Positions 9,964-19,082 of a stretch of 64,000 nt of DNA are shown here, one piece after another. The stretch lies in the NCBI GenBank assembly GCA_963847445.1, contig CAWJZV010000048.1, positions 224,001 to 288,000 on the forward strand, given 5' to 3'. Within the stretch, counting starts at the first letter, position 1. Every line of letters starts with the position of its first letter. Under the pieces are notes generated by a model. It was not told the origin of the DNA. It ran no database searches and worked only from the letters and a program-made list of their open reading frames with translations. The position numbers and the translations under genes were made by a program. Source of the stretch: an uncultured delta proteobacterium. Lineage in GTDB: Bacteria > Desulfobacterota > Binatia > UBA9968.

Positions 9964-11277
9964 ATGTCCAAAGTTGAAACTCCCAACCCAAACAACGGCA
10001 ACGGTAGCGGCGAGTTCCCGACGCCCTATCTCGGCCGCACCGTGCGCATCGTCGGCAAGTTTGAAAACGTCGACATGAATCAGTCGCCGCACCCGAAAAA
10101 TCAGCGCGGCGAACTGGGCAAGCCGTTGTTCAATTGGTATCACAACACGGTGTCCAAAGATCCACTGACCAGGGTATCGGCGCCAAACCATTTCGCCGAC
10201 CGCAGACATTTCTTGAGCACGGTGGTCAACCAGGCGGCCAAGGGCAAAATCAATCCGCAGAAAGTTCCGGTGAACGATCCCGCCGCCATGGCGCGCCATA
10301 TCAAAGCGGTAGCGCACTACATGGGCGCGGATATCGTCCGCATCGCCAAGGCCCATCCAAATTATCTTTATGCTGCCGGCGGCGGCCGCTATGTCCAAGA
10401 CGGCACGGCCAAGGACGATTACGCATCCCACACGCCGGAGCAGATGGCGCGCAAATTTCCCTACATCATCATGGCGACCACCGCGTGGGACTACAACAAA
10501 CTGCAAGCGCACCGCCATCTGATCGGCGACGCCGCCTATCACATCTCGCAAATCAAGGGCAACATGATCCTGAAAGCCCTTGAAGGTTACATCAAAGAAC
10601 TCGGCTACACGGCGCTGCGCGGCGTGGCGGTGCCCCAAGCGGTGGGCGTTGCCTCCGGCGTCGGCGAGTTAGGCCGTAACGGGCTGGTCATCAGCAAGGA
10701 ATACGGCGCCCGCGTGCATATGCCCGACCCGATCATGACCGATCTGCCGCTCGTGGGTGACGAGCCAATCGACATCGGCGTCGACGATTTCTGCAAAGTC
10801 TGCCGCAAGTGCGCCAACACCTGCCCGACCAATAGCATTCCAGTGGGCGACAAGGTCGTCCACAACGGCGTCGAGAAATACAAGATCAACTGGCTCACCT
10901 GCTACAAGCTGCGCCCCTACGTGCACGATCACTGGGGCAGCTGCCTGACCTGCGCCACGGTCTGTCCCTACACCAAGCCGAAAACCTGGTGGCACAACCT
11001 GGCGACTTCGTCATTGCACTATTGCCCCTACGTCCTGCGCCCGGTGCTGGTGAAGTTTCTCAAATGGGTCGATGACCGATTCTGGGGTTTGGTGCGTAAC
11101 GCGCGGGTGACTTGGCTGGGCTACGATTCCGGCGTCAAACCCGGCGAGCATGCCTGCACTGTCGCCGGCTGCAACGCGTCGCATGAGAAAGCCGGCGCCA
11201 AAGCGGTCGCCGGCAGCGTCGGCTACTATGCGCCGCTCAAGGAAAACACCAATCGATTCGTCAAGCGGGAACCGTAA
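9964..11277 (+). CDS. Reductive dehalogenase-like cobalamin / 2x[4Fe-4S] protein (no TAT signal)
   Basis: IKAVAHYMGADIV, YIKELGYTA, SGVGELGRNGLVISKEYGARV, TDLPL, CKVCRKCANTCP and C...CLTCATVCP motifs of the RdhA/QueG superfamily. Confidence 0.85.
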   Translation: MSKVETPNPNNGNGSGEFPTPYLGRTVRIVGKFENVDMNQSPHPKNQRGELGKPLFNWYHNTVSKDPLTRVSAPNHFADRRHFLSTVVNQAAKGKINPQKVPVNDPAAMARHIKAVAHYMGADIVRIAKAHPNYLYAAGGGRYVQDGTAKDDYASHTPEQMARKFPYIIMATTAWDYNKLQAHRHLIGDAAYHISQIKGNMILKALEGYIKELGYTALRGVAVPQAVGVASGVGELGRNGLVISKEYGARVHMPDPIMTDLPLVGDEPIDIGVDDFCKVCRKCANTCPTNSIPVGDKVVHNGVEKYKINWLTCYKLRPYVHDHWGSCLTCATVCPYTKPKTWWHNLATSSLHYCPYVLRPVLVKFLKWVDDRFWGLVRNARVTWLGYDSGVKPGEHACTVAGCNASHEKAGAKAVAGSVGYYAPLKENTNRFVKREP

Positions 11278-11870
11278 GTGGCTTTGAAGTTTCCCTGGTC
11301 CGGCAAGGACTCCCACAAGGACGATCCCTTCTGGGAGTTTTTCATCAATACGCCGCCCGCCGATCTCACTAATACGGTGACGGAACTGATCCGCAATGCA
11401 CCGGCGGGGAATATTTTCCCCAATAAAGCCGAGCTGCACACGCCCGAGATCACCTCCAGTCATGTCAAAGGCATGGCGCAGTACTTCGGCACGGAGCTGA
11501 TCGGCATCGCCAAGCTTGATGATCGTTCCCCTCGCCCGATGCGCCAGCGGGCAAGGACGAGGACAACGAATTTCCGTTCGCCATCCTGTGCGCCGTCCAT
11601 GCCGACTACGACCCGCGCCAAGCCAAAGGCATCGGCGGCCAGATGCCGGTGCAAAACGGCTTGTTCATCACTTTTGTCTTGAGTTCATGGATTCGCGAAT
11701 TGGGCTTTCGCGCCACAGTGGTGCGCGACGCCAACGTCGACGCGCTGGCGGCCAAAGCAGGCTTGGGAACGTTGAATGGCAATGGCCGGCTGGTCAGCCG
11801 CGAATTCGGCGCCCAGGTTTACGTCGCCGATGCGATCTACACCGATCTGCCGCTAGCCGCGGACGGCTAG
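11278..11870 (+). CDS. Rdh-like cobalamin-binding core lacking the Fe-S domain (one frameshift near 11530)
   Basis: GTG directly after upstream TAA; reconstructed ~197 aa with HVKGMAQYFGTELIGIAK, FPFAIL, WIRELGFRA, AGLGTLNGNGRLVSREFGAQV, TDLPLAADG-stop. Confidence 0.75.
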
Positions 11871-11981
11871 GCCTTCGGCCATTCCAGATTACAAATTTCA
11901 GATTTTCAAATTGCCGATCCGAACTCTGGAATATGTAATTTGGAATCTGGAATTAGATATTTCGAGCGAAGCGAGGACCCC

Positions 11982-12645
11982 GTGCCCTACATCATCACCG
12001 AACTTTGTACCAATGACGGCGCCTGCGTCGAAGTTTGTCCGGTAGCTTGCATCCACACTAAACCGGGCGCGCCGCAATTCTACGTCGACCCGGAAGTCTG
12101 CATCGACTGCGAGCAGTGCGAGATCGTCTGCCCGGTGGACGCGATATTCAAAGACGTGGATATTCCCGCCCAATACGCCTACGCCATCGAAGTGAACGCG
12201 GCATTCTTCCGGCAGAACAAAGCGGCCATCGGCCCGGTGCCCTTCGCTACCGCCTGGGCTATGATCGAGTCCGCCCAAGAGTACGCCAGCCTGGTCGGCA
12301 GCGCGATCACCGCCGTGGTGGTCGACGAGGCCGGCGCACCCATAGCGGTCGGCAAGATGGACAAGGCCGAAGCGAGAAGCGCCGAGTTGGCGTTCAACAA
12401 GGCCTACACCGCCGCCGCGTTTCACGTCTCAACTACTGAATTGGTGCCGCAAGCGCGCCAGGCCTGGCTACGCAGCCTGATGATTTCGCACCGCGGCAAG
12501 ATTTTGCCCATGGCCGGCGCCCTGCCGATCGTCAACGGCGTCACCATCGTCGGCGCCATCGGCATCGCCGGCGCCAGCCGTCCGGAACAAGATCGCCCTG
12601 TGCTGCCGCGCCGGCATGTCAGTGTGGGAAAACCACGGCCATTGA
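11982..12645 (+). CDS. Dicluster ferredoxin fused to GlcG/HbpS domain (frameshift near 12595)
   Basis: GTG with GAGGA RBS; CTNDGACVEVCP and CIDCEQCEIVCP, then VVVDEAG, KAYTAA, GAIGIAG, EQD; corrected end ALCCRAGMSVWENHGH-stop. Confidence 0.82.
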
Positions 12646-12708
12646 TAAACACTGCCGCGTTGATTTCGTAGGGGCAACTAGACGTTGCCCAGGGCAGGTT
12701 AAAAGACC

Positions 12709-13884
12709 ATGCCGCAAACCATCGACCAGAAATCGCTTTTCTCCGAAACCAATCTATTTAGCCAAGGCGTGCAGGCAGGTGAATTCACATTCCTCGCCCA
12801 AGATGGGCGCGGCCCGGATGGCACCGTCAGAGCAGCACTGTCCGCCGAACAAGAAGTACGCCAATGTCTTGTCAATCTCGACATGGGGCTGCGCGCATGC
12901 GGCCAATCATCGGCTGACTTGATAAGTCTCGCGGTATATCTTTCCGACTACGGCGATGCTGCCGCCGTGGCCAAGACGTTGCGGGATCGCTTCGGCAACG
13001 ATGCCCCAGCCGTAAATTTCGTCGGCGTCAACGGCCTCGACGGCGGCTGCCGCGTGCGTATGGATGCCATCGCCACCAGCAGCGAAGATCGCGAAACGTT
13101 GCACATCGCGGATCTGCCGCTGTCCATCGGCGCCGGTTGTCATGGCGTGCGCGTCGGCGCTTGGTTTTTTCTCTCTGGCACAGACGCCGCAAAAGGCGAC
13201 GGCCGTATCGCCACGCCGTCGTCGATTCAAAGCCAAACCACCGAAGTCCTCACGCGCATTGGCAAGATTCTCGCCAGACATAAACTCGGCCTCGGCAATC
13301 TCTGCCGCACCTTCATGTTCATGCCAGGCACCCAGCACCGTCCCGGCTACGGCGAGGCGCGCAAGAAAGTTTACCAAGGCGTATTCACCGAGGATGCTTA
13401 CCCGCCCAACTCCGGCATCTACATCCGCAGCCTCGGCGAAAACATTCTGCTGCGCTCCATGGCCATCGCCTACCGCGGCGAGCAGAGAATCGTAACAAGT
13501 CCCAAAGTGCGCCTGGCGCCCGGCTCATTTTCACAATCGGTGCGGGTTGGTAATTGGCTACTGCTCGCGGGCCAAGATGCCGTAACGTTCGACCGGGTGG
13601 TGGAATGTGAAGGCAGCCTCGCCGGCCAAACCGAAGCGACACTGCGCCACACCAAAGACATCGTCGAAGCCGCCGGCGGCACTCTCGACGACATCGTCAA
13701 GACCACTGTGTATTTGGTTGAAGGATCTAGTCGCGCAGAATTCACCGAAGCGTATCGCAGGTTCTTCGCCGCCCACAGCCGCAACAGCACCATGCCCGCT
13801 GGCTTAACCGTGGTCGTCGAAGAGCTATCGCCGCGCTGCTCCGTAGAGATCGATTCGGTAGCTTACTTGCCAACCCGAAATTAA
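12709..13884 (+). CDS. Rid (YjgF/YER057c/UK114) family protein with three tandem domains
   Basis: Three ~130-aa units: FSQGVQAGEFTFLAQD / CHGVRVGAWFFLSGTD / FSQSVRVGNWLLLAGQD, ending VRMDAIA / LRSMAIA / VEIDSVA. Confidence 0.82.
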   Translation: MPQTIDQKSLFSETNLFSQGVQAGEFTFLAQDGRGPDGTVRAALSAEQEVRQCLVNLDMGLRACGQSSADLISLAVYLSDYGDAAAVAKTLRDRFGNDAPAVNFVGVNGLDGGCRVRMDAIATSSEDRETLHIADLPLSIGAGCHGVRVGAWFFLSGTDAAKGDGRIATPSSIQSQTTEVLTRIGKILARHKLGLGNLCRTFMFMPGTQHRPGYGEARKKVYQGVFTEDAYPPNSGIYIRSLGENILLRSMAIAYRGEQRIVTSPKVRLAPGSFSQSVRVGNWLLLAGQDAVTFDRVVECEGSLAGQTEATLRHTKDIVEAAGGTLDDIVKTTVYLVEGSSRAEFTEAYRRFFAAHSRNSTMPAGLTVVVEELSPRCSVEIDSVAYLPTRN

Positions 13885-13903
13885 TCGGCGGCTAAAATAA
13901 CGG

Positions 13904-14275
13904 TTAGTCCAGCAGGATTAGAAATAGACCGACGATCACAACCACCGCGGCAAAGGAGGCGATCGCCGCCGCCGCCGGACCGAGGGGAAAAACGAACACA
14001 ACCAGGATGGTGCCGGCGCATAGCGCAATGAAGGCAGCGATGATCGCCTTCACCCACATCTCACCGGTAAGAACCCTGTCCGGCCGCAATTTACTTACCG
14101 TGCCGAGCCAATCTATCGGTAGCGATCCCGTTTGCTCAACCGCGCCGGCGCCTGGGTTGGCCGCTTGGGCTTTGCGCCGCTTCACCGCCCAGTGCCGCAA
14201 TAGCATCCAGACCATTAGTGCCAGCAGCACAACAAGAACCACTGAATACGATATTACCGCCTGCTCTAGACTCAT
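13904..14275 (-). CDS. Small hypothetical membrane protein (about 3 TM)
   Basis: 123-aa ORF with three hydrophobic stretches; no family recognised. Confidence 0.6.
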   Translation of the reverse strand: MSLEQAVISYSVVLVVLLALMVWMLLRHWAVKRRKAQAANPGAGAVEQTGSLPIDWLGTVSKLRPDRVLTGEMWVKAIIAAFIALCAGTILVVFVFPLGPAAAAIASFAAVVVIVGLFLILLD

Positions 14276-14458
14276 CGCGCTTGATCCATCTTCACAGAGT
14301 AGGTTCTGTGACCGTTTCCCTCACTGCGAATATTAAACGATCTGAACCCCAGTGTTCCAACGCCGGTGGCGGGATTTTGCCCTTTTGAGTTCATTTAACG
14401 ACAACGATTGTCAGCCTTGCCACCGACGGTTGAGCGCGCGAGCCAAGAACCTTGCCGC

Positions 14459-15466
14459 CTACTTAACTTCCCCTGGAAATAGCTTGGACGCATGGTCGCG
14501 GTTCACCGCCTGAATAAACGAGTTGTCGTAGAAGCGTTTCGGATCGGCGCCCTTGCCTCGACCGTCCGGCGCATCGTCAAGCACGACCCGGATCGCCGCT
14601 GGATCGACGGTCAGATCCTTGTTCCAAACGCGCAACCCTTGCTGGTAATTATCCGCGAGGATTTTGGCGTCGGTGACTTTGGAGTATTTGGATTCGAGCT
14701 TGCTGGCATACTCTTCGTCGTCGATGGCGCGTTTCACGCCATCCAACAGTCCCATCAAAAATGCCCTGATGGTGTTGGGATTTTTTTGCGCGAACTCGCG
14801 CGTCACCGCGGTGCCAGGGCCGATGATTTTCAATCCTTCTTTGTAAAAATCGACGATCACCGGATAGCCTTTTTGCTTGGCCATGTCGGATTGCGGCGGC
14901 GTGTTGATCATGGCGTCAGAGTTGCCCAGTGTAAACGTCGAAAACGCCTGCGCGGGTGTACCGTGAAACATCAACTTGATGTCCTTGGGAATCTCCATCC
15001 CGTACTTCCGTGCCGTCCCGCGCATGGCGATCTCGCCGAAAGCGCCGGGCGAGGTCGTCGCCACCGTCTTGCCGCGCAAGGCATCGAAGCTGGTGACGCC
15101 TTTCTGGCCGAATAGCATGAGCGAACTCTTGTCGACGCCGGCGGCGACATAAATAATATCCGCACCGGCGAGCGTCGCCATCATCGCCGCCGACCCGCCC
15201 TGGTAAATATCGATCTTGTTGGAGATCAATCCCTGCACCGCGACAGCGGCGCTGACCGCGGAAATGTTAACGCTCAATCCATATTTATTGAAGTACCCCG
15301 CCTCATGGGCGATCAAAAGCGGCATCGTCGTATGGGCGAACGCAGCCACGGCGATATCGAGACTCTTCTTTTCCGGTTTGCCCGTCTGCGCACCGGCATT
15401 GGCAATTAAAAAGGCCAGCAGCGCCGACCCCCAGACAATTCCCCGAAGTGAAAACCTCATTACCAT
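14459..15466 (-). CDS. ABC transporter substrate-binding protein, NMT1/SsuA-like
   Basis: Signal peptide; EAGYFNKYGL, LRGKTVATTSPG, FYDNSFI; AGGAGG RBS. Confidence 0.88.
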   Translation of the reverse strand: MVMRFSLRGIVWGSALLAFLIANAGAQTGKPEKKSLDIAVAAFAHTTMPLLIAHEAGYFNKYGLSVNISAVSAAVAVQGLISNKIDIYQGGSAAMMATLAGADIIYVAAGVDKSSLMLFGQKGVTSFDALRGKTVATTSPGAFGEIAMRGTARKYGMEIPKDIKLMFHGTPAQAFSTFTLGNSDAMINTPPQSDMAKQKGYPVIVDFYKEGLKIIGPGTAVTREFAQKNPNTIRAFLMGLLDGVKRAIDDEEYASKLESKYSKVTDAKILADNYQQGLRVWNKDLTVDPAAIRVVLDDAPDGRGKGADPKRFYDNSFIQAVNRDHASKLFPGEVK

Positions 15467-15544
15467 AAACCGTTCAACCTCCTGACTCCTGAGTCCTGAC
15501 TTCTACTCCTCACCCCTCACCCTTACTTTTTGGTTGCGGCTTGG

Positions 15545-15660
15545 TCATTTCGCTTCGGCCAATACCTGCCGCAACAGGGTAAAATCGATGACATCATCCG
15601 CCTTCACTTCTTTCCCCGTGGTCTGTTTGATCAAGCCGAGTTGGTTTTTAATCGCGCTAT
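15545..15660 (-). pseudogene. 3' remnant of another NMT1-like solute-binding protein gene
   Basis: Manual translation: DSAIKNQLGLIKQTTGKEVKADDVIDFTLLRQVLAEAK-stop, like the C-termini of the other SBPs (e.g. HDMALLREVQREM at 39438). Confidence 0.65.
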
Positions 15661-15669
15661 CCTTGCCCA

Positions 15670-16142
15670 AGCGAAAGAACCCGACGGGCCAGCATCGGTG
15701 CTGGGCTTCGCTCAATAACAAGGATGACCAACTCTATAAGATCAGCCGTGAATTATTCAAATCGCAAGCGGTGGTTTTTTTCGTCTCCGTTCGATGGGGG
15801 CAAACGAACAGCGTATATCAGCGCCTCTTCGAACGCATTAGCTGGATCGAGAACAGAGTTACCTCACTTGGAGAAAAGCCGATACCTCAGCTTAAGAAGC
15901 TTGAAGCGGGCATCGTCCTGTTCGGTCACAACTGGAACGACGAACAAGTTCTGAAGACTCAGCAGCAGAACTTCGAATGGTTCGGCTGGAAAACACCCGA
16001 GGCGCTTAGCTTCAACTGGCAATACACCGAAGATGCGGATGAGGAATCTCCCGAGTCCTACCGTGATGCGGTATCAGAATTCGGTGTTCTGCTACAGTTG
16101 GCGCTCCCACACAAGGCTGCATCCGTTAAGGTCCCCCGATAA
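15670..16142 (+). pseudogene. C-terminal part of a flavodoxin / NADPH-dependent FMN reductase-like protein
   Basis: KNPTGQHRCWASLNN, SQAVVFFVSVRWG, YQRLFERI, GIVLFGHNW; the upstream ORF portion is antisense SBP sequence, so the true N-terminus is missing. Confidence 0.6.
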
Positions 16143-16367
16143 CCCCCCCTTTTGTTTTGCTTGACGCTATTCCTTCGGATCTGCCATCGATCAACAAGCC
16201 CAAAATTCAAGCGCTGCCAAACGCTCCATCGCCCAAGACAACACCGGGATTGTCATCAAACAGAAACTCGATTGACAACTTTCTAGTCCGGCGATATTGC
16301 TCGCGTCAGAAAAAAGGTGCTTGAATTGTCCTATACAGAAACACCTGACTGAATTGCGCGACGTACG

Positions 16368-17156
16368 ATGGGCGACATGACAACGAGTCCCTATCCACCG
16401 TTCGACGGGGTCGAGCCCTACGGCACCGTCCGTTCGGTTGCCGACGAACGGGCGCACCGCAAGCGGATGTGTGCGCTCGGATACCGCATCTTCGGCGCGA
16501 TGCGGTGGGGAATGCTCGGCGACGGTCATATTTCGGCCCGTGACCCCGAGTTCACCGATCACTTCTGGCTGCTCGACTGGGGTGTCCCCTTCAGCGCGGC
16601 GACGGTCCACCAGTTGGTGCTGGTGGGGCCCGGTGGCGAGGTGAAGGATGCCGACGGCAACGCGACCGGTGCCGTCAACACGGCCGGCTACAACATCCAC
16701 CATCCGCTGCTCGCTGCCCGTCCCGACGTCGTCAGCGCATCTCACACCCACACAGCCTTCGGCACGCCATGGTCGGCCAACGTCGAGCCGTTCCGCGCCC
16801 TCAGTCAGGAGGCCTGTGCCTTCGTGTTCGACCAGGCCCTTTTCAACGATGAGGAGGTGGAAGTGCTTTCGATCGATGGCGGCAGTCGCATAGCCGCAGC
16901 ACTCGGCAACAAGAAGTTCTGCATCCTGCGCAACCACGGCCTGCTCACGGTCGGCCGGTCGGTGGAGGAATCGGTTGGCTGGTTCGTGATGGCCGAGCGG
17001 GTGGCCGAGGTCCACGTGAAAGCGCCAAATGGGCGATCGATCTCTGACGAGGCCACTGCCGCTGCGGCGTCGACACTTGCCCTTGACGCCGTCGGATGGC
17101 GGATGTTCCAGTGGCTCCAGCGGTCGCTTGTTGCCGATCGATCGGTGGTCGACTGA
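16368..17156 (+). CDS. Class II aldolase/adducin family protein
   Basis: GHISARDPE, IHHPL, HTHT, ILRNHGLLTVG metal-binding motifs. Confidence 0.92.
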   Translation: MGDMTTSPYPPFDGVEPYGTVRSVADERAHRKRMCALGYRIFGAMRWGMLGDGHISARDPEFTDHFWLLDWGVPFSAATVHQLVLVGPGGEVKDADGNATGAVNTAGYNIHHPLLAARPDVVSASHTHTAFGTPWSANVEPFRALSQEACAFVFDQALFNDEEVEVLSIDGGSRIAAALGNKKFCILRNHGLLTVGRSVEESVGWFVMAERVAEVHVKAPNGRSISDEATAAAASTLALDAVGWRMFQWLQRSLVADRSVVD

Positions 17157-17402
17157 ACAGCGCGGCCCGCCAGCTGCACAGGCGTCACACCGGGAGCGGC
17201 TCGCGGTGACTAAGTCTGCAGCGTGGAACCTCTATGTCTGCTTGCTGAGAGTCTACAAGTGTGCTGGACTAAGTGTGCTGGGTCGGACCAAGGCAATCTG
17301 TTGATTTAACAACACAAGGTTGCTTAAAAGGCATCGTTTAACAGCTTAGAGGTGGCTTTTTACACCGATAAAGCGACCTCCAAGAAAAACGCTGCCGCGC
17401 GC

Positions 17403-17522
17403 CAACGCTGAACAACTGCGGCCGGTTTTAAACGTTCCACCGCTACGCTCAGTTCAAGTGGTTCCAATCGTCAGCAGATGATTTAGGAAACGGAAACTTA
17501 CTTCTGGCGATCTGCTTCTATC
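17403..17522 (+). repeat. ~120-bp dispersed repeat, copy 1
   Basis: Near-identical to 20189-20305 (CAACGCTGAACAA...CCACCGCTACGCTCAGTTCAAGT...GGAAACGGAAACTTACTTC...CTGCTTCTATC). Confidence 0.85.
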
Positions 17523-17878
17523 TCTGAGGACTATCTTGCTGCGCGAACCGTCCGACACTTGTGCTGGCAAATTCACTGGCAAGAACGGCGCTCTGAGGAC
17601 ACCAAACATCATTCTCTGGGATGAAAGCTTCGAAGATGCGAGGACATAGGCTGGTCCGACCCCGTAAAGCACAGTAAACCACATGTTCGGACTTGGTAGC
17701 ACACTGCGTCCGCGTGGCCGGCCGCGGAATGAGCGAAAAAGCAGCCTGTCCCCGTTTTAGATCCCTTTTTAGATCATCCTTTTTGCTAAACCGGCGCTTA
17801 AAGGTTTTCCTTGTGATGCCGATTTAACGGAGGAATCGGCATCGCGACTACACCACCGACGAGCATCAGGAGCGTCAA

Positions 17879-18877
17879 ATGCAGGAAATTCCCATCAAAA
17901 ATATCATGAGCACGGAGGTTCGATGCGCTTCGCTGTCGACGCCTCTTTCACAGGTCATCCAGTCGATGAAACGACGCCATCAGTCGTGTGCGGTCATTAC
18001 CGAGAACGGTCGGCCCGTAGGAATAGTCACTGAACGCGATATTGTTCGCCAGGTGACAGAGCTGATCGACAAAGGTAGAGGGTACGATCCGGCGGTGAGT
18101 TCAGTCATGTCTGCGCCGCCGATCACGATTCATGAGAACGCGACTTTTTTCGAAGCTCTGGTGGTCGCCAAATCCAACCGAATCCGCCACATACCGGTCA
18201 TCGACAGCCGCGGTGAATTGGCCGGTATCGTCACCTATAGCGATCTGGTCGCAGCTCATTTCCAGGTCATCAATCGCTACACGGAGATTCTTGAACGGGA
18301 GGTTGCCTCCCGCACCGAGCAATTGACTGAGGCAAACGAGAAACTTCGGGAACTCTCTTTGGAGGATGGTCTACTCAAGATCGGCAACCGACGGTCCATG
18401 GAGGTCGACCTCAATCACACCCATTCTGCCGCGGTGCGCTACCGCCGTTCCTATGCTGTCATTCTATTCGATGTCGACTATTTTAAGCTTTACAACGATC
18501 ACTACGGCCACGCGGGGGGCGACCGAGTATTGCAGCAAATCAGCGGCTATCTAAAAGACGCCGTTCGGAAATCGGATCGCGTCTATCGCTATGGGGGAGA
18601 GGAAATACTGGTGTTGCTGCCGGAAACTTCACAAGACCATGCTCACACTGTGGCACGACGACTTGTTGAGGGGATTGCGAATTGCTGTATTCCACACGAG
18701 GCACACCCACTGAAAGTCCTAACGGTCAGTGGCGGCGTCAGTTTGTCGGACGAGACAGACGGCGAGGAATGGAACCGCGTGGTGCAGCGCGCCGACAGCG
18801 CCCTATACCAGGCAAAACATCGTGGGCGAAACCGGATTGTAGTCTTTGAATTCGACTCACCCCTGGCCACAAACTAG
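17879..18877 (+). CDS. Diguanylate cyclase with tandem CBS domains
   Basis: Two CBS repeats (GIVTERDI, GIVTYSDL), coiled coil, DVDYFKLYNDHYGHAGGD, RKSD I-site five residues before GGEEI. Confidence 0.92.
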   Translation: MQEIPIKNIMSTEVRCASLSTPLSQVIQSMKRRHQSCAVITENGRPVGIVTERDIVRQVTELIDKGRGYDPAVSSVMSAPPITIHENATFFEALVVAKSNRIRHIPVIDSRGELAGIVTYSDLVAAHFQVINRYTEILEREVASRTEQLTEANEKLRELSLEDGLLKIGNRRSMEVDLNHTHSAAVRYRRSYAVILFDVDYFKLYNDHYGHAGGDRVLQQISGYLKDAVRKSDRVYRYGGEEILVLLPETSQDHAHTVARRLVEGIANCCIPHEAHPLKVLTVSGGVSLSDETDGEEWNRVVQRADSALYQAKHRGRNRIVVFEFDSPLATN

Positions 18878-19082
18878 ATTGCACACAGCAACTTGAGAAT
18901 CAGGCCTTGAAACTTGCAAGTGTGGAATCTTTCTGCCTGCTTGCTATTGAACCCAAAAGTTTCTGAGCGCAAAACAGAGTGACCCGAGACACTGTATTTG
19001 CCGATCTTTATGTAGCTGATAGGATGCGGCGAGCCAATTTTGTCGATCATGGCGGCTGCGGCCGCCATTGAAAGGATCCCTG

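Noticed and set aside
9964-11277. Calling the gene queG or a respiratory rdhA
   Set aside because: Motifs are closer to RdhA than QueG, but TAT signal and rdhB are absent; neither name is supported.
15534-15669. N-terminal part of the 202-aa ORF as real protein
   Set aside because: It is the antisense reading of an SBP gene tail.
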